From positions 434,001 through 498,000 of the forward strand of contig JAQGDQ010000072.1 in NCBI GenBank assembly GCA_030141605.1: a stretch of DNA of 64,000 bases. The letters are read 5' to 3'. Under the pieces are notes generated by a model. The model did no database searches, was not told where the DNA came from, and saw only the letters and a program-made list of their open reading frames with translations. The position numbers and the translations under genes were made by a program. Position 1 is the stretch's first letter; every line of letters begins with the position of its first letter. Below are positions 35,884-50,000 of the stretch, piece by piece. The stretch is from Tubiluchus corallicola (Eukaryota > Animalia > Priapulida).

Positions 35884-38264
35884 CTGAAATAAAATAAAAC
35901 AGCACGTGAAAATCTATGACTAGACGGTGTTATGTACATATATAGTCATATATATATATATATGCATATATTATAGACATAGGTTAAATATCGTCAATCA
36001 GTCTCTACCTAGTCTGCTAATCTATTCCTATACCTCACACAAGTCCTAACCACAAATTAGTCAAACACGGAATATTACATTGCACAATAATTCCTGCTTC
36101 AATGTAAATCTATGGTTTATGTGTGAGCAAATTAAGATTTCCATGACACTGATATTAAACTGTTATTACATTTAGTCAAGTTTCACTTCGCTGTCCATGA
36201 CATGTTAATATTCCGTTAAATGTCCCTACAGCGGTAAACAGCACGAGGTCTCAGACGCTTCAGTATAATCCGCCACCTTAGGTATTACTGCAGCCAAACG
36301 CCTGGGGGTGCAGGATGTCTCGATAAGACATGAGGCCGTGATCCATCAGTGCTACAGTAAGCCCACACAATCTAACATGTAAGAGGATACAGAAGGCTTT
36401 GCTTTGCTCTTGTATTTTCTACTCAATACATCATACATGCGCCTGTCACTTCTATATAATAGCACCATGTGTAACGACTATGACTTAACATGTGACCCAA
36501 AAATTGTTTTTGATAACTGCGGTTTTTCTTTGAACAGTGGCTGATGTGAAGGGCGCGCATTTCCATGGTAGGCTACCAAGAGTTTTTTCGGCGACACACC
36601 ACCCTCAATTCAAAAGAAAAACGTAAACGTGTGATGGATGTCATTCAATACATTGGACAGTGCTGAAGTCAGACACAACGTAGGATTATTGAGCACAATC
36701 ATCCAAAAAGTCAGTTGAGCGTGGCACATATGCCACAATGCTGTGTTCTAATTACTGAAGATAACTTAAAAATTACTGACCAGGCCAGACACAGATTTGA
36801 TCTTTTGAAACTGGTAAAGTAAGCTCTTAACATTATACACGTACATTATTTTCGAAAGTTGAAGGACATGTATAAATTATATACGGATTACTGGTCGGAT
36901 CTCTTCCTGGAGGACAGCAATGCTTTCCCCGCCACTTTATTCAAGAATTATTACTGTTTGCTTATTTTATTGCCATCTTCTGCAAACTGTGCCACTTTTT
37001 CACTAGCTCACGCCACTGCCCCCCCCCATACAGAGACACATACAAATTTTACAACGAAATAAATGGAACGGAGATTGCTAAGATTGCGGGAACAATGGTG
37101 GAGCTAAACTTACAAACTCAATACATCAGTTCACGTGGTAAATGACAAAGCTGGCTGCGAGTGTGATTTTTTACATCCCTGGTCTGTAAACCCAGAAAAA
37201 TGGTTAAATATTGGCATAAGACCCATTGACTACCGCATCCAAGACCTTGCACGCTCTTGGACCGCACAACATTAAGAAAACGAAAAAAAATAAATCTACG
37301 AATTCCAAAGCAGTTTTGTATGGAGACACTGATTCTAGTTTTCTTTTCTTGTCTAAAAATCAGCTTATCCACCTTTAGTTGAACAACCTGATATGAAACT
37401 AACTGAAAATCTTTAAACTGTGGTATAAAACTCCTTACCTTATTATAAAATTCCAATTTCAAATTATTCTACCTGTTTAGACACACAAAAATAATTCGAA
37501 GTTTGTAATCAAATCCCAAATAAAACCTAGACTAACCAGGTTAAACACCGATATCTTCTTATACAAACCATCAAGAAAGAGTTGCAAGCAACGAAAATCT
37601 TAGTTAGAGCACTTTCCTTCTGCTTTTTTGGAAACATAATTGTTAAATCTCTTCTTTCCGTTTTTCTGGCAAACTCACTCTTCGCAAAGTAGGATGTATT
37701 TTACGTTTATTAGCTATTTTATATTTAAAACGCATATAAACAAAAGTTGCCATTACACAGGATCAATAGCGTTGTTGATTCTCAATTTACATTTGTGCGA
37801 GCAAGGTCGCATTTTGCAATGAAAGACAAAACAATATTATACATGATAATTTCCTGAAACTCGGTGCAGGACATTTATTATCTAAATTACACTAAATTAC
37901 ACTGCATTTTAAACACGCAAGCGCGTCAGCTGGTTTTACTGTGAATGGAAAATGCCTACTACCGGTAATCAAAGTCTGGGAAAATGTCTCCTCAGCGGTT
38001 CGTCACTTACTACCCACTCACAGATCACCTGAGGATATTAAGATGACGGGTGCAGGGCTTTTCTGGAGCTGCAGTGAAGTTTAATAGCAGCGGCTCGCAA
38101 ATGTAAGAATTTATCAAAATAAAATTACTTTTTAATGCCGAACTGCTTTTTACGAAACCTATGTTTTGCAATCTGAACTATTACCGACCCTTGATGCTCA
38201 CCATAACATTGTTATAGAGCTCTATATTTGAGAAGAGGAAATCCTCTCTTTGTGCCAGACTTAC

Positions 38265-38281
38265 TTGTGATATTCATGCAT
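38265..38281 (-). CDS. SSH: Candidate alternative SSH start (MHEYH-N) inside exon 38265-38343
   Basis: Acceptor TTTCTCTTACTTATGCTTGCTAG|, perfect donor AA|GTAAGT, phase 2 matching 35883. Confidence 0.45.
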
Positions 38282-38793
38282 CTAGTTTCAGAGTATCACT
38301 TTGCAAAATGACCTCTGAATGAGCCTAAGACCGTTGTTTTGTTCTAGCAAGCATAAGTAAGAGAAATCTAAGACAGTAGTGGTATATCATTAATAAATTG
38401 TATCAAATTTGTAGAGTATCAGCTATCTGAGAAGCTTCAACTTTATACTTAGGGACAGCTGGTACAACCGTTTCTGAGCAATTTCATTAGCCGCACTGCT
38501 CTAGCTATTTCCTGTGATGAATAAGGCCGAGGGAGCATTTGACTGTGGCTAAAAAGTTAAAACTAAATTGTCAAACTGTTCAAAAACACTGCTAAGGTCA
38601 CACTCTAAGGGGCGCCAATAAAAAAAACAATGACACTGAAAAACTGCAATGCCATTAAAGTCCTTATACTCCGCATAGCAATCAGCTACACTAGACGCTA
38701 AACACCAGCGTTTAGTCCGGAAAAAAATTACATGTTAATACAGGAAGCAAGACTACGTCGGATAATCAAGGGTATATTAAATAGGACGCTTAC

Positions 38794-38930
38794 TTCCTCC
38801 AAGTCACCACTCGTCAGTTAATAGTCGGTTATACTACTATATAGTGAGTAAAGACATCATTACGGGGCAAACGCCAAGGCCGGGGCCGTCTGGCAAAGAC
38901 CAATCAGCTCCTTTTGTCTTGTCAGCTGAT
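38794..38930 (-). promoter_or_regulatory. Candidate internal SSH promoter with short non-coding first exon
   Basis: GC-rich patch with CCAAT, CAGCTG, TATATAG (about 38837-38843 on minus) and donor GAA|GTAAGC at 38794. Confidence 0.4.
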
Positions 38931-41900
38931 GGGCTGCCGGATCAAATATCACCCAGTTTGGGAGACAGCATGAGTCCTTTTACATTAATAAAAACTCTGT
39001 CAGTCCCCATTAATTACCTTATTTTTTCTTTAAATTTTTATAATTTTTCTGTCCATTGTTCGCTACATGCAAGATAGTCACTGATATTCTGAAATCTGAT
39101 ATTTTTATGCAACTGCTACACGCAAAACAAGTTGTCAGATACAACTCGACAGCACAAAATCTGTGTAATTGATTCTAAGCGTGCAAGTTAATTTCTGTGA
39201 CATTCTGTACAGCTATCACAAAGTTACAGCAATTTAACTAAGCTTAGTTAATTAAATGCATTTCTTTCTCTACATAAAGTAATTTATCCTAACTGAACAA
39301 GTATAAATCTTAACTGCAGCACAAAATACTACGTTAGTGAAAAATACTGGGCATCTATATAATGTCAGTCAACTAATAGTCAACTAACAAGTCAGCACGC
39401 ACATTTTACTCGCTATAGTATTTTTAAACATTAATACTTCTTATTAGAGTGTTTCGAAAATGTGTAAGCCAGAATCATTGCCCGGATGCCTGAATATTAT
39501 AATTTTGAATTTATCTAAACTGAACGAATGACAAAAACCCACATTTAACCAATTATTTTCTTCTCAGCCTCAACAAGCGTTAGAAATGGCCCGACCACTT
39601 ATGCCACCACTACTTAGTGAAAAAATCTGTAATACTGCATTTTGGTTGTTGAATATGTGGAATTAGTTAGTATAATTAGATTTAATATCTCCTCTGTTAA
39701 AATGCACCATAAGGTTGGTAATTGCATAAAATTGCATGCATACATATTGAAATAAAGAAGTTTAATGTTAAAAAATGTAAAGTCCACATACACACAAAGC
39801 AATGTAATCACTACCCTATAAAACATTCCAGGCATAATAACCCTAACAATTTTCATTCAAATTCAGAACAAATGATACCAATGACCTGGTTTATTTTATT
39901 CTTGATAAAATTACAGGATTAAATTTGAATTCCTGAAATCATTCATGAAAACTAGTACGAGATGAAGTGTTATTGCAGCAAATAGTTATGTAATATCCAA
40001 ATGAATCCATTAGCAGCGGATATAAATAACATGCATGTTAGTTTTAACACATAAAACGCTATGGTTTAAACTTTAACGTTGATCATTTCACGAAAACCAA
40101 GCTCATAATTAATCACCTTGCCTAATGACAACCAATAATAACTCATCGTTGAACATAACTCGTAGAATTCAATCTTAGCGGAGATAAAAGAAATACACAC
40201 ACCTTAGATATCCTATTCAAAATTTCAACACAAAACATTGCTTTTAAATTCATATATAAAGAAAAGTCATAAGTATAGGTTTAAAAAACATAACATAACT
40301 TGCATATCAGATTGCATGTTTTTTAATTTACTTTGTTCTTGTTGACAAGGGTTACTATTTAATCAAACAAAGTTTGTTAAGATAAGGTGCTTAAGTTACT
40401 GTAAATAGTTTTTCACCACTGGTAAATGTTGCACTTAATTTCTAAAATATTAAATTCAGATAGGTCTAAAATTCAGCATTCGTGTCGGCAGTGTCAAAAT
40501 GTCGTATTAGATACGAAAAAATACATTAGAAAATTGTGAATAAAGTCACACCAAATCTATACAATATACATCCAACAAAATGAGATACCCGTTATTACAT
40601 AATGATAGTAATTATAATTTAAGGCACAACACTATAGGCTGAGTTAAAATGACTGAATACTCTGAAGAATTGCGAAGTAATGTTGCTTATTATCTAATTA
40701 TCAGGTAAGTTAATCACGGGTGACCTATACACGTCAAGGCTCTAGGTGACACCATTCATTATGTGCAACTCTGTACAGGCTAACTTTAAAGCGTCTTTCA
40801 AAAACACACAGAGTTCCGATAATTTCTTTTTGTAAAAATTAACACAAGTTTTTTATTGAAATACAAACGTATGCACAATTGCCTGCTAATTTTTTTTAAA
40901 TTTGATTTAAAGTAATACACAAGATACACATGTACTGTAAACAACGTCAAGCAGAAGTAAATTTTGGTATCATTCGACGTCAAAAATTTTAACTGTTTTT
41001 ATAACTCTCTCATACAGTATACAACAAATTAATCAAACTAACAAACTACAGGAGGCGTCTTCAAAAAAAGAATTCTGGTTACCCTATTCTTAATTGCAGC
41101 AAAAATTAACCGTGATTTTTTTCCTGTGCTTTATTTAAAACCCGTCACCCAGTTATAGACCATTGTTGGCCTGGCTTCAGATAAATTCATTATAAATAAT
41201 TTATTTAACTTTATTAATTTGATTAGGTATTTAGTTTTACTAATATGGTTGGCCGGACGAAAGTTTCCTGTAAAATCAGATCTAACAAGTTTCCTATAAA
41301 ACTGCAGTTCAAAATGCTGAATGTCTATGGTTTACTTTGCACCATTTGAGCTTAAAACTATCCGACACAACATTTCACCAATTGAAAGCTTATACATGCA
41401 TATATACCTCAATGACATCTACCTTACACCATTTTTAGGTGTTACTGCATTCAAAATTAGAGATGCCGAATTTGACCCTGAAATACGAACCGAACCAAGA
41501 CAGTTTAACTGACCACCAAAATGTAATGATTTTAATAAAAGACATACCTAGTCTAATTTATAAAACTTCCATTATCTATCTTATTAAGGTAAACAGCATT
41601 TTTGATAAACTGACTTTTAACCTTTAGCAAAGGTTTCTCCTAACCTTTAATATCCCTTGTAAAATTTCAGCCCTCACTCAACCTAGAAACTGTCCACATG
41701 CAGCACTCTACCGACGTCGACAATGCAAATCGACAAAGACAGGTATCACGTAGGCAGATTATTAATTTTATGATAGGTGCTCACTTCATTAAATAAATTG
41801 CATTACAACACCAACATTTATTAAATTCTTTACATAATAATACAGATACATTAAACAATACCTCGCGTAAGTTAAGTCAGTTAAGTTCTGTTAGTGAAAA

Positions 41901-42126
41901 ACATACATTATATACATTGGTTTTTCCTTGATTTAAATTATTGTAAGACATTAATAAAAACTGTGAACTGATTTTGTGAGTTCTTATAAGATTGTTGATA
42001 AACGGTTGGCAAATTAGTTAAACACAAAGTAGGAATTATAATGAATGAAATATTATACTTTAATAATTAAGTCTGTATTAACAAACCAGGCAGATATGGG
42101 TCACTTATATATGTGTGTGTGTTATA

Positions 42127-42173
42127 TACACGCACGCACGCACACACGCACACGCACACGCACACGCACACGC

Positions 42174-42228
<55 letters not shown>
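42127..42228. repeat. (CACGCA)n/(CA)n microsatellite
   Basis: Directly visible. Confidence 0.95.
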
Positions 42229-42229
<1 letters not shown>

Positions 42230-43393
42230 CTTCATACTTAACAACGTCTACTACAACCATTACACCATGTAGTAGAAATAGTTATTGTTTCCAAGGGCAG
42301 TTGGTGTGAACGCAGTCACTGAAGCGAATATTTTGAAAATTCTCAATCAAAATTATTATGACAAATATAAAATATGTACAGTAACTTTGTTGCAAAGATT
42401 AAATGGACAGAATGGTGTTAAGTCTTGACAACAACTTTCACTACTGTCACTAGAAATCTAGAATTAAACTGAAAGACTAACTGAACACGAAACACGAACA
42501 TCAATTCAAATCAAAGTTTAGTTAAAATGTATGACACGTGCAAAATTACATATCTAACGGAACGTGTCGGGTGCACATGTACTGGGCAAAGTACTCTTTA
42601 AAAAGACAATCACAAGTCTTTAATACAGTTAATGCGTTAATGCAGCCCTTTGATGGCTTATTTTTCAAACCGATTGTAGTTGTTTGTGGTTGTTACATGG
42701 TCATGCTGCCGCTGTAGTTGCTTTTACTGTAGGTGGTACGGTGTGGGTGGGGTGGTGTAGTGAGTCGTGTGGTTGATGTGGTGTAGTGTGGATGACGTGC
42801 GCAGGTAATATGGGTTGTGTGGTGTGAGTGGTGCGAAAGTTGTTGTAGGTTAATACGGAAAATTCTTTTTACGGGAGTTTGCAAGTTAATATTAAATACC
42901 CAAAACAATTAAAATTACATTTCCTTATTATTTTCATATAATTCGCACAATATATAGTAAAAAGGGTAAAGTTATATTGCATTTTTTGAACAAGTATATC
43001 ATTAAAACACCTCAATTCTAGATAAGCTTTGGAGGGAAAACAAGAAAAACCAGAATCCTTTGCCAATTTTTTGAGTAAATAAAGAAGAATGAACAAACGT
43101 GCATGAATGTGTGATCAAATCTTACAGCTTTTGTTGCTACGGCATGTTAACTGCATTCACAGCTGCAATTATGATTATATTTTTTAATTCCGTGTCCTTG
43201 ACTTGGGTTTGCACAAAAGCTAGCCGAATGTTCAGCAAAACCCGCCAAACGAAATAGAAAGAGTTGATGCTTGAGTGTAATGCGTTGCTTAATTATTTTT
43301 GAAACATCAGATGCTATAATTATCTAAAGAAAAGCAACACTCAGAAACATAATAAACAGTATTATTTTCGTTTCCATGATTTACTAATACTGT

Positions 43394-43410
43394 CGTTGTT
43401 GTTGTAGTTG

Positions 43411-43477
<67 letters not shown>
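43394..43477. repeat. (TTG)n/(TTA)n microsatellite
   Basis: Directly visible. Confidence 0.95.
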
Positions 43478-44044
43478 TGTTATTATGCTGTGGCAATGCT
43501 ATGACAGTGTATAAAATCGTGCCTCTTATGTGGCAGATTTTTGCCTTTGGCAAATTTTCTCGATCTACAAACACGTAAACAAATAAAACATTCCCAAACT
43601 TATTGGTACAATTGATACTATGATTAAATAGTTTGGCTATTCCATAATGTTTGCGTTATAGTTGAAAATATCGTTAGGGCGAGGTCTAATAATCTAAAAT
43701 TTAACAGTAGAATGCTTTATCATGACAATAAATACCCAGAGGTTCTTTGTTCGCAAGCACACGGCAATACATAATCTATAAGAGTAATCACTAATCAGTA
43801 CAAATAACCTCAAATAAGTAAAATGACATTCTATTTTCTAGCGTACTATCTCAATAGTAATTTGTAAATATAAATTCTTCCACAAAACGTGATAAGGCAA
43901 AGCACTATGAGAGATCCGTATGAGTGAAAGGCTGGCCGAGAGACGACAGGATTAGTTATTAAATGCTCAATGATTCTTTTAAAACGTAAAACTAGATTAA
44001 AACATGAAAAAGCAGTACACAGATTAAAAAAAATCATCGCTTAA

Positions 44045-44195
44045 GAGGCGTTCACACTAGCGAATTTTCTCGCCAAGTAACAAGACAGCGTGTGTTACTT
44101 GGCAATTGACAGCGTTGACAATTAGTGTCAGAGAGTTTGCAATTCATTTGCGCGGGTTTGCTGTCAAGAAGAAAACTCGCTAATCTGAACGCGCC
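44045..44195. mobile_element. PIF/Harbinger-like MITE
   Basis: TIRs gaggcgttcacactagcgaattttct / agaaaactcgctaatctgaacgcgcc; internal palindrome gccaagtaaca..tgttacttggc; TAA on the left flank. Confidence 0.65.
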
Positions 44196-45889
44196 GTTGT
44201 ATTTAAACCAGGAACAACGTGATCAAATTATGGACAATACCTTAATAAAAATTCAGCGCAAGGTAAGCCAAACTGTATTTTAGCCTTACACAGTGACAAG
44301 CCAAAAGTTTAGATCATATTCGAACAGCGTTTTTGCCTACCACACTAATTTCATGTTACAAAAACCAGACTCAATGCAGACTGAATTATGGCTGGTCCCG
44401 CAGCATAAATAAGTTATGAATTATGATTAAAATGCTTAAAACTACTTTTCAACGAAAATTTATGTTAATCTAAGGAGTCTTCAAAGTTTCCAAAAGTAAA
44501 TAATAAAACCGGTTTCTTTAAAATGAAATCGACGTTAGTAGCGGGCCAGCAAAGAGTAAAGAAAACTATTCAAATCACGTAACAGAGACCTTATTGCGCG
44601 CTGTGAAACTGCCATCCATCAGCTTTAAGAGATAAATTTTAAAATCATGTTATAAATGAAAAACGAAAACTAGTACAGTGTTTCTAAGTTATGATCAGTT
44701 CGTCCTACGCACAAGTTTTTTAAAAATAAAAACACGACAGGTAAAGGGTAATAAAGCAAGACTGTGAATGAAATAAACATGAGCGGTTACGTAAAAATGG
44801 ACTAACAGTGTTACATTTTTAAAACCATTTTCGCAATCCTTCCTTTCAGACAAGCTCATGTTATAAATTTATAATAAATAATTTTGAACTTAAATGAAAT
44901 AAATAATTGATAAAAGTTTAATAGAGATAACTGAGACATTCGCGTTTTAATAAAAAAAAAACTCGCTTTCTGCTGTACGTTTAGGAACCGGTAACTTTAA
45001 TTTTATTAGCTCAAAGAACAGGCAATACAGCAAACCAGTACGCCAGTAAACTAAATAGAGTATACGTGTACATCGTAAAAAGAAAAAACTAATTTGGTAA
45101 CAGCTAGAATTCCCCCTACGGTTTCTGTCTGAACAATACTTGTGAAAACTACACAAGAGCATGGCATGGTTTGATAATCCCCGGTCGTTTTACTGCACTA
45201 ATTACAGCCAACTTGCCCCACTTAACTTTTAGTCTAAACACCTTTTACTTTTTGTTCAAATACTATATACAGAACGCTTGATCGCCGATTTAGAGCGAAC
45301 TTAACTATTGCGAAAAATTTCAGAAACGAGTAAGTCTACAAGGAAACACCAACAACCAAAGTAGCTTAAAAGTGTAGCAGATGTCATAACCTTAGTTGTC
45401 ACCCTATTTAATGTTTCTCTCGTTTTTCTGCTCAGGGCATGGCAAAGAGAATTTCCAAAGACATTTAACACGTAACCGGGAAATTATTGTAAAAGATGTT
45501 ATAGCCAAAGTTTGGAATTTCTGTCTGTCTGTTTGTTTGTCCGTCGAGCCATTATTAGCCAGCCAACTTGTAAATCGATCAATAATGCCAAAAAATTTTG
45601 CATGGTTTCGCACTTATTATACTTTGCTCGCTAACAAAATATGTTAACAGTAATTATTAGAGGCCACCTAATACAACGCATATGCTCCTGATCACGAAAT
45701 ATAAATAAGCACTTCTTGGATGGCGAACAGTCACCCGATAGCCACTCGCGTTTTTCCGTGTTTTAATTATGGCATGATTAATAATCTGCTATACAAGTTG
45801 CTATAGAGAATAGTGGGTTGTCGAGCTGGTGAATGGGTGAGTGAGAAGATATTTATTAAAGTGACATGTTTACATCAATCATACCTTGC

Positions 45890-46690
45890 AATCATTTTTA
45901 CGGTTGTATGCATGACAAAACTTCAGACGTGTAAGTTAAAAAAATCGTTCATATCACATCATTCTATACAAGGTACAAAAACACCTAACACATCTAGAAA
46001 AGGTTACACAAATCGACAATTACTGCTTACAAAATACAGGATTATATGCATATATATTTTGCTTACAAAATGCCTTTTGAGGCACGAATTTCGTATAAAG
46101 TAAGTATGGCTAACTAAAACATCACTATTCATAATAAAAGCAAGTATTTCAGTATTCACCAGCTGCATGAAATTTTGTTCAGTGCTACTACATTTTTGAA
46201 ATAAGTCCCTTCTTTGTGCAAGTCAAAATGGCAGTCAAGAACGAAATGTGCGTTGTTCTCCATCTCACTTAAATCACACATTTCACATATACGTTCCCAC
46301 GGAGCAAGCCCGTAGACTCGGCCAATCTCAATTCGTAAAGGCAAAAAGCCCCTTTTAAACTGACATAAAAATGATTTTTGTGATCTAGTTAACGGTATAT
46401 GTAAATGGAGTTCCGTATAAAAACCTCGCTTGGAAAGTTGAAACGTTCTAAATTTTGGTTTAATATTAACCCGGTGATTTTCTCCTACTTCTCCAACTGT
46501 CCTTTACTGGCAATTCAATACCTGGCACTAATACCTAGTTTGCACTTACAGACTATTGCGACATGTAAAATGGTACTAAAACTCCACAGCAGTCAATCAG
46601 ACACCATTCTACTACTCGTTGCATGAATATGAAAATAACATACAACAATAAACGCATTTTCCAGGTGGCAAAAATGTGGGTTCAAACAGG
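45890..46690 (-). mobile_element. Degenerate L2/Crack/Daphne-type LINE 3' fragment
   Basis: LPLRIEIGR..ERICEMC..E..HFVLDC C-terminal Cys/His motif; boundaries approximate. Confidence 0.75.
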
Positions 46691-46805
46691 TATCGCCCTA
46701 GGCTGCTCGTAGCTGCCTAATTACAGCTGTGCAAAATTGTTAAGTGAATACAAGCGGATCATTTACTGTGAAATGATGCTATAGTTAGTAAAGAAAACAC
46801 ATTAC

Positions 46806-47057
46806 CTAAACGGTGGTGTTTCGCCGTCAGTGAACTCTCCTAGTGCCAGATTATCTAAAGTGTTGAAATCGTGAGTCAAGTCAAATGCATGTCTTACGAT
46901 CTTGCTGTAACGTCGTCCTTGCCATTTCAGTACTTGGTTGATGTTGAAGAGGAGGTAACCGGGTTGAAAGAGAAGGGCCATGCCGTTACGATGAGCTTCC
47001 TCCTTCAAAAGCTCACCTCTGCTTCTCCAACTGTCCTCCGGTTTATTGTACATGTGG
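46806..47057 (-). CDS. SSH: Candidate alternative 5' exon of SSH (MYNKPEDSWRSRGELLKEEAHRNGMALL..GETPPF)
   Basis: Open, coding-like 252-nt frame, ATG at 47053, donor TTAG|GTAATG in phase 2 matching 35883. Confidence 0.6.
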
Positions 47058-50000
47058 CTACGGGTTTAGTTTCTCCAAGTTCACTTCAAACTGACTGACG
47101 CCAATTTTCATGGTTTTCGCACTTTTTAATTTCTGTTGAGGTCAGTGATAATAAGAATAAAAATTATGATATTGTAGCCGCTCACCAATCTGATCAGTTT
47201 TAATCATGACACCTTTAGCAGATTACCAGTCACACTTTATTAAATTATTATGCATAATTCAGGTATAAAAGAACACGTGCACCAAGTAGGTTATAGCTGA
47301 AATGTAAAAGATTCTAAAAAATCAGTTTAACTTAAGTGTACCGACATCATTTGAGAAAAATATGTACAAATGATTGACAGAAAAACACTGCTGCAACAGC
47401 CATCAGGTCTCAAACATTACTGTGCTACAAAAGAGCATCAGTATTTCGTGATTAAGTGAACACTAGCAAAAAGACAAACTGCATAAACCATTAACAATTC
47501 CTGCAAGATATGCAAACAGTTTTGACTAATGTAGTTTCGATTCCAGCTGAACATGAGCAAAATTAATGAAGCTGTCATATCGGCGACGTCCTTTGTAAAA
47601 TTTTACTTACTGTCGATTCGGCGTCGAAAAGGTCTTTGACCTGCGTAAACCACAGCGTAGCTATTCATTGAGAACAGTATTTACTGTGGATGCTGCGCTT
47701 ATCATTCAATCCAGTGTATATAGAATGAACCACAAAGGAAGCGACATTACCATTGGAAAAATAACAAGCAAATTAATGGAAAATAACAGACCTATAAAAC
47801 GGAGCACATTAATCTAAGCTAAAAAACATTATCACAAACATAACAATGCACCACAACCGAAATTCCCGCAAAGCATTTATCAAACGCCGAATCCTTGTCC
47901 CGTTTGAACCTATATTCTCCGGAGAAATTCTACTGATCCTCAAGGCAAAAGTCTCAGCCATTGATACTCAGGAGAACCTGCTCATGCACCCCCCCTCCCA
48001 CCATCCGTCCAATGTGATAGATTTGATTGGGTTGGATAGCGACTTTGGAGTTTTCTCACAATAAAATTTATATTGCGACACTACAGTGCGTTATACATGT
48101 AATAACCCTTTCCCTTAGTATTAAAGATGTGCTAAGAGTTATTGGTTTGGCCATACAGAAATTTTTTGACACATTTTAGTCATTTTACGCAGGACGTCTG
48201 CCTCCTGTCACAAGTCGGGGTTTTTAATTAAATTTGCAGGTGTAGTGTTGTTAAAGTGCAAGTGGCCAGTCATTGACCATGAAGAAGAAAACATTTCAAC
48301 TCATTGGTCCTTGCTACCCTGGACACGGTGCTCATCACGCTACAATAAACAGTTAAGTATTTGTCAAATACATCTCTTGCATGCTTGTCTTTGTTGCTAA
48401 CAGACATTGTATGAAGGGTATTGATAATGTCAGAAGATACTGCATACTGACGTTCCACATTGCTAGTGGTGTGACGGTGAGTACATGAAGAAGACTGTGG
48501 GCGCTGAGGTCGTGGGATCAATGAAGTGGGTGCTGAGTTTATGGGTAGCAAGTTTCAGAATCATCGAATATGCACTATTGTCCACGTAGTATATCAGTTT
48601 ACTTTGCTTAGGTGACCAGCCATCTGGATCTTCCGGGATATAAAAGAAAATTTCCAATGCCTCCGAAAAGACACGCAAATTTTTCGTGATTCACACACAC
48701 AAAATTAAACAAACAGAGCGCCCACGCAAATTACTGTTTTAGGTGCTTGTCGTTTACATTGCGTACGCGCACAGAACCGCAATTTAAATGCTAAACCTTT
48801 TTTCTGCGTACGCAAAAGCACATTCCCATACATATCGTAGAGTTTAGACTTGTCTGTAACAGAATGAGCCTAGACACAGTCACAGAGATTTTGCAAGACA
48901 GGTGTGGGTTGAAACAGCTTTTGAGGTCAATAATGAAGAACAAGTATTTAGTTTCTGATATCAATTTTACCTTTTTCACTATATCAGTTTTTTGCTAAAC
49001 ATTTTCATACGCTATTGTCAAAGAATTTCGACTGTTCCGTTGATCTATTGCTATTGCATGTATAGTTACAATTGTAAGAAACAAACCACTGTCAACTGTA
49101 TAACATAAAAGCTGCTTTTTGTTTCAACCTATCAAAGTGAATATAATTATAAGTCAGACAAAAAATTGCAATATACGAACGTGCGAAATTTGCAAATCAA
49201 GTAAAATTTGAAAAGTTGCAGGTTAAATTCTTAAATAACTTGGGAACTGTTTTTATTTCTTATAAAACTTCTTGCAATGTACACGGTTTTCACTTGCTGT
49301 ATCGCCTATTTGCCCTTTCTTATACACTACTAAAACGAAATGAATGTTTTTTTCTCTTAGATAGTGACATGTCTCGCTTTCGAGCTAAGATTTTTGCCAC
49401 AATGTAACACGAATACTACGTAATGAGTGGAAAAAACTTATGGGTCCACATAAACCGCGTGGATAGAAAAATGTGTGTACAGTCAAAACGGTGAGTTTGG
49501 GACAATTCACCTCGCCACGCCGCGTTGTCAACCCATGGCGGAATCTGAGGCAATTCACTCCCACACTCTCCGCGGTTCATCCCCCACCCCTGGAGGACGT
49601 CAGGGAAAATCACTTTCACAAGGTGGTCATCCTAACCTTGCTTAAACGTCAATATTTTCGTCACAAGTTTAGAGAAAAGTTTTTGTGGATTTCGCAATAG
49701 TTTTCAATAAATCCAGGTGACATGGTCATAAAACGAACAAGATAATGTCAGTCTCCAGACAAATGGTTCTGAAATACACCAAAGATGTTCTACCTTCTCA
49801 TAAAAAATCTCCTAATGTCGATGGATTAGACAAATAGCCCTACTAGTATGGAATAAGCCCAATGCGATTATTAAAAAGATTAACAGTGAGAAAATTTGTA
49901 AGAAAACAGTAAGTAACAGTATTATAAGTCTTGTAATTACACGAAGCAGAAGCAAGCTGAGGAAAGTATACCTTCAAAGGCTTTTATGCTACACCGTTTG

